Positions 10,490-19,549 are shown, counted from the first letter of the stretch. The stretch: DNA of 64,000 bases from Bacillota bacterium (GCA_040758135.1 JBFLWA010000005.1:73102-137101), one strand, 5' to 3'. The notes: generated by a model from the letters alone, not told the origin. Numbers and translations are program-made.

Positions 10490-11390
10490 GTGACACTCCG
10501 CCGGGGATAAATCCCCCCGGCTTCTTCGGGCACCCGTGCGTAGTCGCTGCTCGTAGTATTTGCGGCGTGGCCGCTACTACGCTGAGGGCGTAATGGGCGA
10601 CGGATACCTCGGGCGGTGCCAGGCCCGGCCTGATTCCCGTTGCGGAGCGCCGGGCCGGTATCCCTTCGGGCTGTCCTTTTCACCATACCGGGCCACATCT
10701 CAACCGCAAACAGCGCATCTCCTACTGGTATCCCTCGGGTTGACCCGGCTGGCGATTAGGCCGTGCTCCCAGGCTTTGTATTTTGCATATCACGAAACCG
10801 GTATTCCAGGTTTTGTACTATAGTTTTGGTAGGCATTGTTACAGCCCCTTTTGAGCCTCGATGTATTTCTTGATGGTTCCGCCTGACACGTTGCCCGCCG
10901 TGGCGCTGAAATAGCTCCTTGTCCACATGGAAGGCAATTTGAGAAGGTGGGGGAATTCTTTACGCAAGTGGTGTGAAGTAATTCCCTTGATTTCCTTAAT
11001 CACGTCCGCCGCTGAATCGGACGGCCATACCCGTACAAATAAGTGAATATGGTCCGGTTGGATGGCTAACTCTAAAATCTCCCAGCCTTTCTCTTCGCAC
11101 TTGCCTTCGATGATTTCTCTGCACCGGGAGGCTACTTTGTCGGTTAATACCGGCTTGCGGCGTTTTGGCGTCCACACCAGATGGTATACAATCAGATGCA
11201 CTCTATGCTCGTCTCTTACGTAGTCCATGGTGTTATCACCCCGTTGATGTTGATGTCTACATCATAACATGGCTCAACACCTGCTGCAACACTTTGCCAG
11301 AAACGACCTCGGCTAAAGCCAATGATAAACCCGCCTATTTACCCGGGCTAAAGCCCGGTAACTTACGGTGGGTATAAGGTTTTGTCAGAT
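10490..11390 (-). mobile_element. IS200/IS605-family insertion sequence (tnpA only) inserted upstream of rpoE; boundaries approximate
   Basis: TnpA CDS plus subterminal hairpins: CCGGGC-TAAA-GCCCGG at ~11342..11357 (left end) and CCGGGGA-TAAA-TCCCC(CC)GG at ~10500..10520 (right end). The right-end segments GTGACACTCCGCCGGGGATAAATC and GGCTTTGTATTTTGCATA recur at 36724..36770. Confidence 0.7.
10839..11228 (-). CDS. tnpA: IS200/IS605 family transposase TnpA (Y1 HUH)
   Basis: 129 aa. HUH motif HIHLFV, catalytic Tyr region YFSATAG, VYHLVWTPKRRK N-terminus. Confidence 0.85.
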   Translation of the reverse strand: MDYVRDEHRVHLIVYHLVWTPKRRKPVLTDKVASRCREIIEGKCEEKGWEILELAIQPDHIHLFVRVWPSDSAADVIKEIKGITSHHLRKEFPHLLKLPSMWTRSYFSATAGNVSGGTIKKYIEAQKGL

Positions 11391-11516
11391 TATTCACCTC
11401 CTGGGGATTAGTCTTCCCCATCGAGGTACGCCTGTACCTATGGAGCCAGTCGTGCCGGGCGTATTATGTGAGCAGTGGAGCCCTTCCACGCATCACTAAC
11501 CCGGGAGGTGATACAC

Positions 11517-11597
11517 GTGGGAGTCACCCATTGCAATGATGCCTTCCAGGTGCTGATCCTCATCATCCTGCTGTTCTTCTTCCTCGGCGCTGAGTAA
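11517..11597 (+). CDS. YjcZ-like small hydrophobic (sporulation-type) peptide, 26 aa, GTG start
   Basis: GGGAGGTGA RBS 5 nt upstream of GTG. Translation (M)GVTHCNDAFQVLILIILLFFFLGAE, followed by a GC-rich hairpin. Resembles YjcZ-family micro-proteins (GGGFALIVVLFILLIIVG core) by pattern only. Confidence 0.35.
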   Translation: MGVTHCNDAFQVLILIILLFFFLGAE

Positions 11598-11614
11598 GGA
11601 GGCGGCAGACGGCA

Positions 11615-11642
11615 GACACCGGCCCCCGGCGGGGCCGGTGTC
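11615..11642. terminator. GC-rich hairpin (putative terminator) after the micro-ORF and at the 3' side of the kam operon
   Basis: GACACCGGCCCC-cggc-GGGGCCGGTGTC perfect 12-bp stem. No strong U-tract on either strand. Confidence 0.35.
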
Positions 11643-12064
11643 TAGCTGTCCGGCTGTTTACAAGCATTCTCCAACGCTCCGTGGTCTGGCACCCTGGCCG
11701 CATCCCCCTTGACGCTATAGCATATAGCTGGTAACTTCGTCTTCACAAAGGAAGTGTGTCTAGGGTTCCGTGCCTGATATGTGGGCAGCCTGGACCGAGC
11801 GGCACAGCCCGTAGAGGTACTCCGTGGGGATAAAAGACCCGAGCGGCAAGTTCCTGATCAGGAACCCCGCCGGCTTCTATCTGGCTTTCAGTGTTAAAGA
11901 AAGCCATCGCATCATCCTGTGACGTACGCGCCGGTAACTCTAGATGACTGTCGCCCACGGCATACCATCTATCTCCGCATTACCATACACCACTATGCCA
12001 ATTTGCCACCCATATTGTGCCTTTTATGCTTTCGCGTTTTTGATTCTAGGTCTTGGCCTAACCC

Positions 12065-12823
12065 TTACATCCCTCGCCTCACTATTTCCTGGGCAATAAA
12101 CGAGGCCACCTCCGGCGGCACTGTCCCCGGCCCGAAGCCGGCGTCGTAGCCCAGTTCTACCGCCAGTTCATGCGTTATGCGTGGTCCACCGCAGATGAGC
12201 ACCACCCGTTCGCGGATCCCCTCGGCCTCCAGCAGCTCCACCAGCTGGGACAGGTTGGGGATATGGACATTGCGCTGGGTGACCACCTGCGAGACCAGAA
12301 TGGCATCGGCGTTCTCCTCGATGGCCCTGGCCACCAGCACCTCATTGGGGATCTGGCTCCCCAGGTTGATGGCGACCAGCTCCGGGTATCGCTCCAGCCC
12401 GTAGCGGCCATTGTAGCCCTTCATGTTCATGATGGCATCCAAGCCGACGGTATGCGCATCAGTACCGGTACAGGCGCCGACCACTACCAGCTTGCGCCCG
12501 ATCCGCTCCCGAATGAAGGCATTGCACTCGTCGAAGTCCATCACATCTACCTCGGCCTTGGGCACCTCGATGGCAGTGTAGTCCACCGAGTGCAGGCACT
12601 TCCCGTATACAACGAAGAAGGTGAAACCAACGCCCAGGTCGTGCATGAAGGTGACATTGGGATGGTCAATCCCCATCTTCAGAGCCAGCTGCCGGGCCGC
12701 CTCCATGGCCTCTGGTCCGGCCGGCACTGGCAGGGTGAAGCTAAGCTGCACCGCCCCATCGTCCAGGTGATCACCGTAGGGCCTGATGCGGGTCAGGTCG
12801 ATCCGGTCCCGAGAGTCAGTCAT
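12065..12823 (-). CDS. kamE: D-lysine/L-beta-lysine 5,6-aminomutase beta subunit (B12-binding)
   Basis: 252 aa. Cobalamin-binding DxHxxG motif (GACTGTDAHTVGLD). Overlaps the kamD stop (ATGA coupling). Confidence 0.85.
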   Translation of the reverse strand: MTDSRDRIDLTRIRPYGDHLDDGAVQLSFTLPVPAGPEAMEAARQLALKMGIDHPNVTFMHDLGVGFTFFVVYGKCLHSVDYTAIEVPKAEVDVMDFDECNAFIRERIGRKLVVVGACTGTDAHTVGLDAIMNMKGYNGRYGLERYPELVAINLGSQIPNEVLVARAIEENADAILVSQVVTQRNVHIPNLSQLVELLEAEGIRERVVLICGGPRITHELAVELGYDAGFGPGTVPPEVASFIAQEIVRRGM

Positions 12824-14379
12824 GCCCCTTCACCTCCCAGCATCAATTCATAGAACGGGTTGAAGTAATCGTCCCCTCTGGCTATCACGCCCTCGCGCCC
12901 CTTGCCGCCATTGCGCGGCCGCTTGACCGAGGCGAAGAAGCCCTTCTCCAGGGCGGTCCACAGCCCGATCTCCCGGATCTTCTCCAGCGTCTCGGTGGCT
13001 TCCCGGAGCACGTGGTTAGCCCGGTGGTGGATCCTACCTCCCTCGCGGAAGATTACTTCATCCGCCAGGTGCCAGGCGTTGTTCATAATGTACTTGGAGT
13101 TATTAATGGATAGGAAGCGGTCGTGCATGTAGGGGGTGTGGATGGCCTCGGTCAGGATCCCCACCAGGTGGATCTCCTGCCCGGTCAGGATAGAGACCAG
13201 GCTGTGCATGGCCTCCATGGCGTGACCCTTGAAGATGTCTCCGGTCATGTACTTGGTGGGCGGCATGTACTTCAGCGGCGAGTGGGGGAAGATCTCCCTG
13301 GTCATCTGGGCCTGGGCGATCTCCAGGAGCAGCCCGTCCTCGTAGTCGGGGTTGATGGCAAAAACGTGGCCGAACCCGGTCTGCTCAAGCTTCAGCCCTG
13401 ACCGCAGCGCAAATTGCTCATTGATAAGCTGCGAGGTGAGGACGGTATGGGCGGCCGCCACCGGGTCAGCGGTGGTCATGTAGTTATCCTCGCCGGTGTT
13501 GATGATCACCCCGGCGTAGGCGTTGATCAGCCGGGAGAAGTACTGGTCGACGAAGGTGCGCTCCATGTTGATATCCCGGAAGAGGATACCGTACATAGCG
13601 TCATTGAGCATCATATCCAACCGCTCCAGCGCTCCCATGGCCGCGATCTCCGGCATGCAGAGGCCCGAGCAGTAGTTAACCTGCCTGATATAGCGCCCGA
13701 CCTCTTCGCTGACCTCGTCCAGGGCCTGCCGCATGATGCGGAAGTTGGCCTGGGTAGCCGGGGTACCGCCAAAGCCCTCTTCCACCCCGTAGGGGACGAA
13801 GTCCAGCAGACTCTGACCGGTGGTGCGGATGACGGCGATGATGTCGGCCCCGGCCTTTACCGCCGCCTTGGCCTGGACTACATCCTCGTAGATGTTGCCA
13901 CTGGCGACAATCACATAGAGCCACGGCTTATGGCCTTCGCCCAGGCGGGCCAAGCGGGCCTCGCGCTCCCGGCGGTTGTCGTCAATCCGCCGGCAGGCCT
14001 CCCGGGCCAGTGAATAGGCCTCCTGCCGCACCTCCTCCCGGTCACCGGGCGGCACCTGACACAGGTCGATGCGGCCGGCCGCTACCCCTTCAGCTACCTC
14101 CTGCGCGGTGAGGTTATGGGCCAGCATGGCATTGGCCAACCAGTAGGCGGCGCCGCGCGTCAGGCCGCCACCGGCCGCGATGTTCTCCACTACCACATTG
14201 GGCAGGGGAGCTCCCTCTTCATTGACACCATCGATGCCGAACAGGCGGAGGACGGTGCGCTCCACGCTGATGGTGGTGTGGCTTTCGATAAATTCCTGGA
14301 TAGGGGCGACGATCTCGGCCGCGGCCGCCCGCGCCCGGTTGATCAGGCCCTGATCCAGCTTTAGTACTCCGGTTTTCAT
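12820..14379 (-). CDS. kamD: D-lysine/L-beta-lysine 5,6-aminomutase alpha subunit
   Basis: 519 aa. Typical KamD N-terminus MKTGVLKLDQGLINRARAAAAEIVAPIQEFIESHTT; PLP/TIM-barrel subunit. Confidence 0.85.
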   Translation of the reverse strand: MKTGVLKLDQGLINRARAAAAEIVAPIQEFIESHTTISVERTVLRLFGIDGVNEEGAPLPNVVVENIAAGGGLTRGAAYWLANAMLAHNLTAQEVAEGVAAGRIDLCQVPPGDREEVRQEAYSLAREACRRIDDNRREREARLARLGEGHKPWLYVIVASGNIYEDVVQAKAAVKAGADIIAVIRTTGQSLLDFVPYGVEEGFGGTPATQANFRIMRQALDEVSEEVGRYIRQVNYCSGLCMPEIAAMGALERLDMMLNDAMYGILFRDINMERTFVDQYFSRLINAYAGVIINTGEDNYMTTADPVAAAHTVLTSQLINEQFALRSGLKLEQTGFGHVFAINPDYEDGLLLEIAQAQMTREIFPHSPLKYMPPTKYMTGDIFKGHAMEAMHSLVSILTGQEIHLVGILTEAIHTPYMHDRFLSINNSKYIMNNAWHLADEVIFREGGRIHHRANHVLREATETLEKIREIGLWTALEKGFFASVKRPRNGGKGREGVIARGDDYFNPFYELMLGGEGA

Positions 14380-15440
14380 ACACTTCCCCTCCTCCCTAGG
14401 GCCTGACGGCCCAGAACTACATCAAATACAGGAAGCGGATAGAGAAGCTCCCCCACCGCTTCCAGAAACTCTTCCGGTTGGTAAGATGGTCCCACCGGGG
14501 CCCAGGGGTTGGTGGTCACCGCCAGCAGGTTGATGTCTCGGGCCACCTTCAAGCCCAGACCCAGCCGAGCCATCTGGGTCCAGTGTTCACCGTCGATGAA
14601 GACCCGGGTGGGGTCGGCTACCATTAGGTCGAGCCCGGCCAGGTGCTCTCCGGCGGCCATCAGCCCATCCAGCATTCTGCCGGTGAGAGCGCCGCCGAAG
14701 ATGATGCCCCGGCCCCCCCGGGGCAATGCCCGGGAAATGGCCTCAGCCTGCTCCAGCCCGGTTCTGATCTCCAGGGCCCGGTAGTTGCCCTCACCGTCCA
14801 CCACCGCGACCTCCCGGCGCGCGCTGGCGGTGAGGATCATCTCCCTCAGTCCGGGGTCGGCCACGGCCGGCAGGCGGAAGGTCCGTACCACTTGGCGAGT
14901 ACGCTCCAGGGTCAGGCGCATCGATGGTCCCAGGGCGGCACCGGTAGCCAGGATGGTGGCCTCGGTTACCCCGGGGGCAGCCGAAGCCACCCGGTCGAAG
15001 GCGCCGTCGGCCAGAACGCGGCTGCAGCCCTGGTCGTGCAGGAGCCTCAGACATTCCCGCATCTGGCTGATGGTACTCGGGCCCACCAGCACTACCTCGC
15101 CCGCCTCCACCGCCCGGGCCAGGAGAACCCTTCCCAGGCGGGTCTCGTAGGGGGTCTCTCCGATGACCTCCAGTGGCGCCCGGCTCTCCCGAATGGCCTC
15201 AAGAGCGGTGGCCAGGAGCGCCCCGGCCGGAACCCGTACCGGCGGCTTGGGTAGCCGGGTGACGGTGTCCACCTTCTCCCCGTCACGGCCAATGGAGGTA
15301 AGGCCCAGGGAGTATCCTTCCGCCTGGGCCTCCTCGATAATGTGGTTCAGAGTTGTGGTTTTGCCTACGTTCTTGGCGATTCCCACCACCGCGATGGTGC
15401 GGGCACCGGCACGGGCGATCAGGTCGATCAACCGGCTCAC
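14376..15440 (-). CDS. P-loop NTPase of unknown function embedded between kamA and kamD (possible aminomutase accessory/reactivation factor)
   Basis: 354 aa. N-terminal Walker A IAVVGIAKNVGKTTTLNHI. Overlaps both neighbours by 4 nt (operon-coupled). Confidence 0.5.
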   Translation of the reverse strand: MSRLIDLIARAGARTIAVVGIAKNVGKTTTLNHIIEEAQAEGYSLGLTSIGRDGEKVDTVTRLPKPPVRVPAGALLATALEAIRESRAPLEVIGETPYETRLGRVLLARAVEAGEVVLVGPSTISQMRECLRLLHDQGCSRVLADGAFDRVASAAPGVTEATILATGAALGPSMRLTLERTRQVVRTFRLPAVADPGLREMILTASARREVAVVDGEGNYRALEIRTGLEQAEAISRALPRGGRGIIFGGALTGRMLDGLMAAGEHLAGLDLMVADPTRVFIDGEHWTQMARLGLGLKVARDINLLAVTTNPWAPVGPSYQPEEFLEAVGELLYPLPVFDVVLGRQALGRRGSV

Positions 15441-16684
15441 TTTCTCTTCTTCCTCTCCAGCCCTTTGGGTTCCAGGCTGGGGGCCTGGCCGGTGAGCAGT
15501 TTGCCCAGGCCAATGTTGAACCCTTCATGTCTGGTGCCACAGAGCTGGCAAACCTCAGGCTGGCCGGGGAGGTCGGTCGGCTCGTTGTAGACCGAGATGA
15601 CCCCCTCGTAGTTGCGGAGGACAATCTTCCCCTGCCCCTGCGAGACCAGGTACTGGGGGCCGACCGGAATCTTGCCGCCGCCACCCGGGGCATCCACCAC
15701 GAAGGTGGGGACTGCCAGACCGGTAGTGTGCCCCCGGAGCAGCTCGATAATCTCGATCCCCCGGGCAACCGGGGTACGGAAATGCTCGATACCCCGGGAG
15801 AGGTCGCACTGGTAGATATAGTAGGGGCGGACCCGGAAACGAAGCAGCCCGTGTACCAGCTCCCGCATGACATTGGGGCAATCGTTAATCCCCCGCAGGA
15901 GCACCGTCTGGTTGCCCAGCGGGATCCCGGCATCGGCCAGCTTGGCGCAGGCCGCCTCGGCCTCCGGGGTGAGCTCCTTGGGATGGTTGAAATGGGTGTT
16001 GAGCCACAGGGGGTGATACTTTCTCAATAGCCCCACCAGGTCATCGGTGATGCGCTGGGGCAGCACCACCGGGGTCCGGCTGCCGATACGGATGATCTCC
16101 ACATGGTCGATGCGGCGCAGGCGGCTGAGTACATATTCCAGGCGCTCCTCGCTGACAGTCAGCGGGTCGCCTCCTGAGAGCAAGACATCGCGCACCGAGG
16201 GCGTCTTGTCAATATACTCAATGGCTGTGTCCAGCTCGGCCGCGGGGCGGGCCCGGTCGGTCTGCCCGGCGAAGCGCCGGCGGGTACAGTGTCGGCAATA
16301 CATGGAGCATTGGTCGGTGATGAGGAAGAGCACCCGGTCGGGGTAGCGGTGGGTCAGCCCCGGGACCGGTGAATCCACATCCTCGTGCAAGGGATCGAGC
16401 ATATCGTTCCTGCCCACCGTCAGCTCGCGCGCGGTAGGTACCGCCTGCATCCGGACCGGGCAGTGCGGGTCGTCCGGATCCATCAGGGTCGCGTAGTAGG
16501 GGGTGACCGCCATCCGCAGTGCCGTCAGGCACTGGATAACTCCCTGCTCCTCTGCAGTGGTCAGGTTGATGACTTCCTTCAGTTGTTCGACAGTGGTCAA
16601 GCGGCTGGCAATCTGCCAATGCCAATCATTCCATTGCTCCTGGGTGATATCGTGCCAGAGCGGGATAGTCCAATAATCGCGCAT
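15437..16684 (-). CDS. kamA: L-lysine 2,3-aminomutase (radical SAM, PLP)
   Basis: 415 aa. CxxxCxxC motif CSMYCRHC; KamA-specific blocks (TPYYATLMDPDDPHCPVRMQAVP). Confidence 0.9.
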   Translation of the reverse strand: MRDYWTIPLWHDITQEQWNDWHWQIASRLTTVEQLKEVINLTTAEEQGVIQCLTALRMAVTPYYATLMDPDDPHCPVRMQAVPTARELTVGRNDMLDPLHEDVDSPVPGLTHRYPDRVLFLITDQCSMYCRHCTRRRFAGQTDRARPAAELDTAIEYIDKTPSVRDVLLSGGDPLTVSEERLEYVLSRLRRIDHVEIIRIGSRTPVVLPQRITDDLVGLLRKYHPLWLNTHFNHPKELTPEAEAACAKLADAGIPLGNQTVLLRGINDCPNVMRELVHGLLRFRVRPYYIYQCDLSRGIEHFRTPVARGIEIIELLRGHTTGLAVPTFVVDAPGGGGKIPVGPQYLVSQGQGKIVLRNYEGVISVYNEPTDLPGQPEVCQLCGTRHEGFNIGLGKLLTGQAPSLEPKGLERKKRK

Positions 16685-16706
16685 GGCCTCCTCCCCCTTC
16701 CCAATC

Positions 16707-17747
16707 TTACTTGACGTACAGCTCCTCGAACATCCGGCGCAGTTCCGGGCTCTCTCTCAGGCACTGCAGGGCGATCTCGGCGTGGCCCCGGGTGTACCCG
16801 TTGCCGATGATCATGGTGGTGTCCCGGCCGATGCCCTCGGCGCCCAGGGCCGCCGCGGTGAAGCTAGTGGCCATGCTGAAGAAGTAGATCAGGCCATCAT
16901 CTTTAGTGGCCAGGATAGTCCCCATCTCGGTGCCCGGAATGTTGACACAGTTAATGGTAATATCGGCCATCTGGCCATCGGTGACCTCTTTGACCTTTTC
17001 CATCAGGTCCAGCGGGTTACCGGCATCGCCCTGGATGACGATATCGGCAAAGCCGCTATCCTTGGCCCGCTGGACACTGCCGAGGCTGCGTCCGACCCCG
17101 ATAACCCGGCCGGTGACCCCGGCCCGCTTCTTGGCCTCGTAGAGGCAGAGGAGGCCCGACTTGCCGCCGGCACCGATGACCAGCACGGTGTCGCCCGGCT
17201 TGACCAGCTTGGCCGTTTGGGCCGGCGCGCCGGCCACATCGAGGACGGCCAGGGCCAGCTTATCATCCATATCGTCGGGAAGCTTAGCATAGATGCCGCT
17301 CTCGAAGAGAATGGCCTGCCCCTTGATGTCTACCTGGTCGGTGTCCTGGTGGATGGCGATGATCTCCTCGATGACCAGCGGGGTGAGGGAGAGGGAGACC
17401 AGGGTGGCGATGCGGTCGCCGACCTTGAGGTCGCGTTTGTCGGCCAGCGCCGGGCCGATCTGGGCAATGGTACCGATGAGCATGCCGCCCGAGCCGGTGA
17501 CCGGGTTGTGGTGCTTGCCGCGCTGGGCAACGATCCCCTTCATGATCTCTTTGATCTTATCATCATCGTGCCCGGCCTGGTCTTTGATCTGAGTGAAGCT
17601 GGCGGCATCCACATTCAGGGTCTGGACATTGATGAGGATCTCGTTGTCGTAAATCTCCATGGTATTGTCAATTCTCCAGGCTGGCTGCGGCAGCACCCCC
17701 TTGGGTTCGATCACTCGGTGAGAGCCGTACGGACAACCTCTCTTCAT
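16707..17747 (-). CDS. kdd: L-erythro-3,5-diaminohexanoate dehydrogenase
   Basis: 346 aa. MKRGCPYGSHRVIEPKGVLPQPAWRIDNTMEIYDNEILINV matches Kdd; Rossmann GxGxxG (VIGAGGKSG). Confidence 0.75.
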   Translation of the reverse strand: MKRGCPYGSHRVIEPKGVLPQPAWRIDNTMEIYDNEILINVQTLNVDAASFTQIKDQAGHDDDKIKEIMKGIVAQRGKHHNPVTGSGGMLIGTIAQIGPALADKRDLKVGDRIATLVSLSLTPLVIEEIIAIHQDTDQVDIKGQAILFESGIYAKLPDDMDDKLALAVLDVAGAPAQTAKLVKPGDTVLVIGAGGKSGLLCLYEAKKRAGVTGRVIGVGRSLGSVQRAKDSGFADIVIQGDAGNPLDLMEKVKEVTDGQMADITINCVNIPGTEMGTILATKDDGLIYFFSMATSFTAAALGAEGIGRDTTMIIGNGYTRGHAEIALQCLRESPELRRMFEELYVK

Positions 17748-17808
17748 CTTCAGTTCCTCCTCGCGTTTAGTGTCTGTTTATTCGCCCCGGCGACAGGGCG
17801 ATGGCTAC

Positions 17809-19491
17809 CTACATTCTCTCCGGCGCGCTGACCTTGAGGAGCCCCAGTACATTGGCCAGACAGATCTGGCTGGCCCGGACCAGGGCCAGGCGGGCCTGGG
17901 TCAGCCCGGGATCGTCGGTCAGGACCCGGCAGCGGTCGTAGAAGACATGGAAGGCAGCGGCCAGCTCCTGGGCGTAGCGGGGCAGGCGGTGGGGTTCCCG
18001 CCCTTCGGCGGCTGCCACAATTTCTCCCGGCAGGGCCGCCAGCTTCTTGATGAGGCTCTTCTCGGCCTCCTCGGTCAGGCGGCCCAGATCCACCCGATTT
18101 GGAGGCAGCAGTTGGAGCCCGCTCTCCGCCGCCTGCCGCAGGATCCCGCACATGCGGGCGTGGGCGTACTGCACGTAGTAGACCGGGTTCTCATTGGTGT
18201 TCAGCTTAGCCAGGTCGAGGTCGAAATCCATGTGGGTCTCCAAGGCCCGCATCAGGAAGAAAAAGCGGCAGGCGTCGACTCCGACCTCGTCAACCACCTC
18301 TTCCATGGTGACGAAGTCGCCGGCCCGCTTGGACATGCGCACCAGTTCGCCGCCGGAATAGACCCGCACCATCTGTGAGATAACAATTTCCAGCTTGCCC
18401 TGGAGCCCCAGCGCGCTCATGGCCGCCATCATCCGCTGGATGTGGCCGTGGTGGTCAGGTCCCCAAATGTCGATGAGGTGATCGAAACCGCGATCCATCT
18501 TGTTGAGATGGTAAGCAATATCGAGTAAAAAGTAGGAGGGCTCGCCATTGGACCGCACCAACACGCGGTCCTTGTCATCACCATAGGAGGTGGTGCGGAT
18601 CCACTTGGCCCCATCCTCCTCGAAGATAGCCCCGCGCTCCTCCAGCGCCCGCAGCGCCCGGTCAACATAGCCCGTCTCCACCAGTGATTTTTGGCTGAAC
18701 CAAACATCGAAGTGGACCCGGTAGCGGTCTAGCTGCTCCTTCTGCTGGGCCGCGATGATCCCCACTGCGTAATCGGCCAGTACCTGCTGCCGCTCGGCTT
18801 CGGGGCGCTCCAACAACTCCCGGCCGAACTCCTGGGTAGCCCGTTTGGCGATCTCAATGACATAGATGCCGGGGTAGGCCCCCTCCGGGAACGGGATATC
18901 TTCGCCCAGGGCCTGGCGGAGGCGAATCTCCACCGAGCGCCCCAGGGTCTCCACCTGGGTTCCCATATCGTCCAAGTAGTACTCGCTAACCACATCCCAG
19001 CCGGCCCAGGCAAGGCAACCGGCCAGGACATCGCCGACGGCACCAGCGCGGGCCTGGACCATTACCATCGGGCCGGTGGGGTTAGCGCTGACGAACTCCA
19101 AGTTGATCCGCCGTCCGGCCCCGTGCTGCGATCGTCCGTAATCTGGGCCAGCGGCCAGCACATCGGCAACTGCCTCGGCCAGCCAGGTATCGCTCAGCCG
19201 GAAGTTGATGAATCCCGGGCCGGCAATCTCCACCTTCTCCACGGCCGTCCCGGCCGGGTCGAAATGCTCCACGATGATCTCGGCCAGCTTCCGCGGAGCC
19301 ACCCGCGCCAAGCGTGCCCCGGCCATGGCCAGGTTGGTCGCCAGGTCGCCATGGCTGGGATCCTTGGGGGTCTCGAGGGTAATGGGCGGCCGCGCCTCCC
19401 AGGCCAGTAGTCCGGCGGCTTCTCCCCGCTCGACTGTTCGCTGTAGGGCGGAGATGATCTGTTCCGCGATGCGCTCCTGAATGGGCTTCAT
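17809..19491 (-). CDS. argS: arginine--tRNA ligase
   Basis: 560 aa. Class I HIGH-type motif (PNPTGPMVMVQARAG region); KMSKR-like MSKRAG; anticodon-binding C-domain. Confidence 0.95.
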   Translation of the reverse strand: MKPIQERIAEQIISALQRTVERGEAAGLLAWEARPPITLETPKDPSHGDLATNLAMAGARLARVAPRKLAEIIVEHFDPAGTAVEKVEIAGPGFINFRLSDTWLAEAVADVLAAGPDYGRSQHGAGRRINLEFVSANPTGPMVMVQARAGAVGDVLAGCLAWAGWDVVSEYYLDDMGTQVETLGRSVEIRLRQALGEDIPFPEGAYPGIYVIEIAKRATQEFGRELLERPEAERQQVLADYAVGIIAAQQKEQLDRYRVHFDVWFSQKSLVETGYVDRALRALEERGAIFEEDGAKWIRTTSYGDDKDRVLVRSNGEPSYFLLDIAYHLNKMDRGFDHLIDIWGPDHHGHIQRMMAAMSALGLQGKLEIVISQMVRVYSGGELVRMSKRAGDFVTMEEVVDEVGVDACRFFFLMRALETHMDFDLDLAKLNTNENPVYYVQYAHARMCGILRQAAESGLQLLPPNRVDLGRLTEEAEKSLIKKLAALPGEIVAAAEGREPHRLPRYAQELAAAFHVFYDRCRVLTDDPGLTQARLALVRASQICLANVLGLLKVSAPERM

Positions 19492-19514
19492 CCGATGACC
19501 TCTCTTCTGTAGGC

Positions 19515-19549
19515 GAAATAAAAAGGGCGTGCCTCAATACGGCACGCCC
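19515..19549 (-). terminator. rho-independent terminator after speB
   Basis: GGGCGTGCC-tcaatac-GGCACGCCC stem, followed on the minus strand by a TTTTTATTT run. Confidence 0.7.

Noticed and set aside
10520-10760. Possible tnpB gene inside the IS200 element
   Set aside because: No ORF in any frame shows TnpB features (no RuvC motifs or zinc finger); treated as non-coding IS end sequence, possibly structured RNA.
17748-17808. Lysine riboswitch upstream of the kam operon
   Set aside because: Only ~60 nt separate kdd from the argS stop. That is too short for a ~180-nt L-box, and no conserved L-box stems were seen.
16683-17831. 382-aa plus-strand ORF
   Set aside because: Antisense to kdd and the start of argS. 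No motif support; G/D/L-rich shadow ORF.
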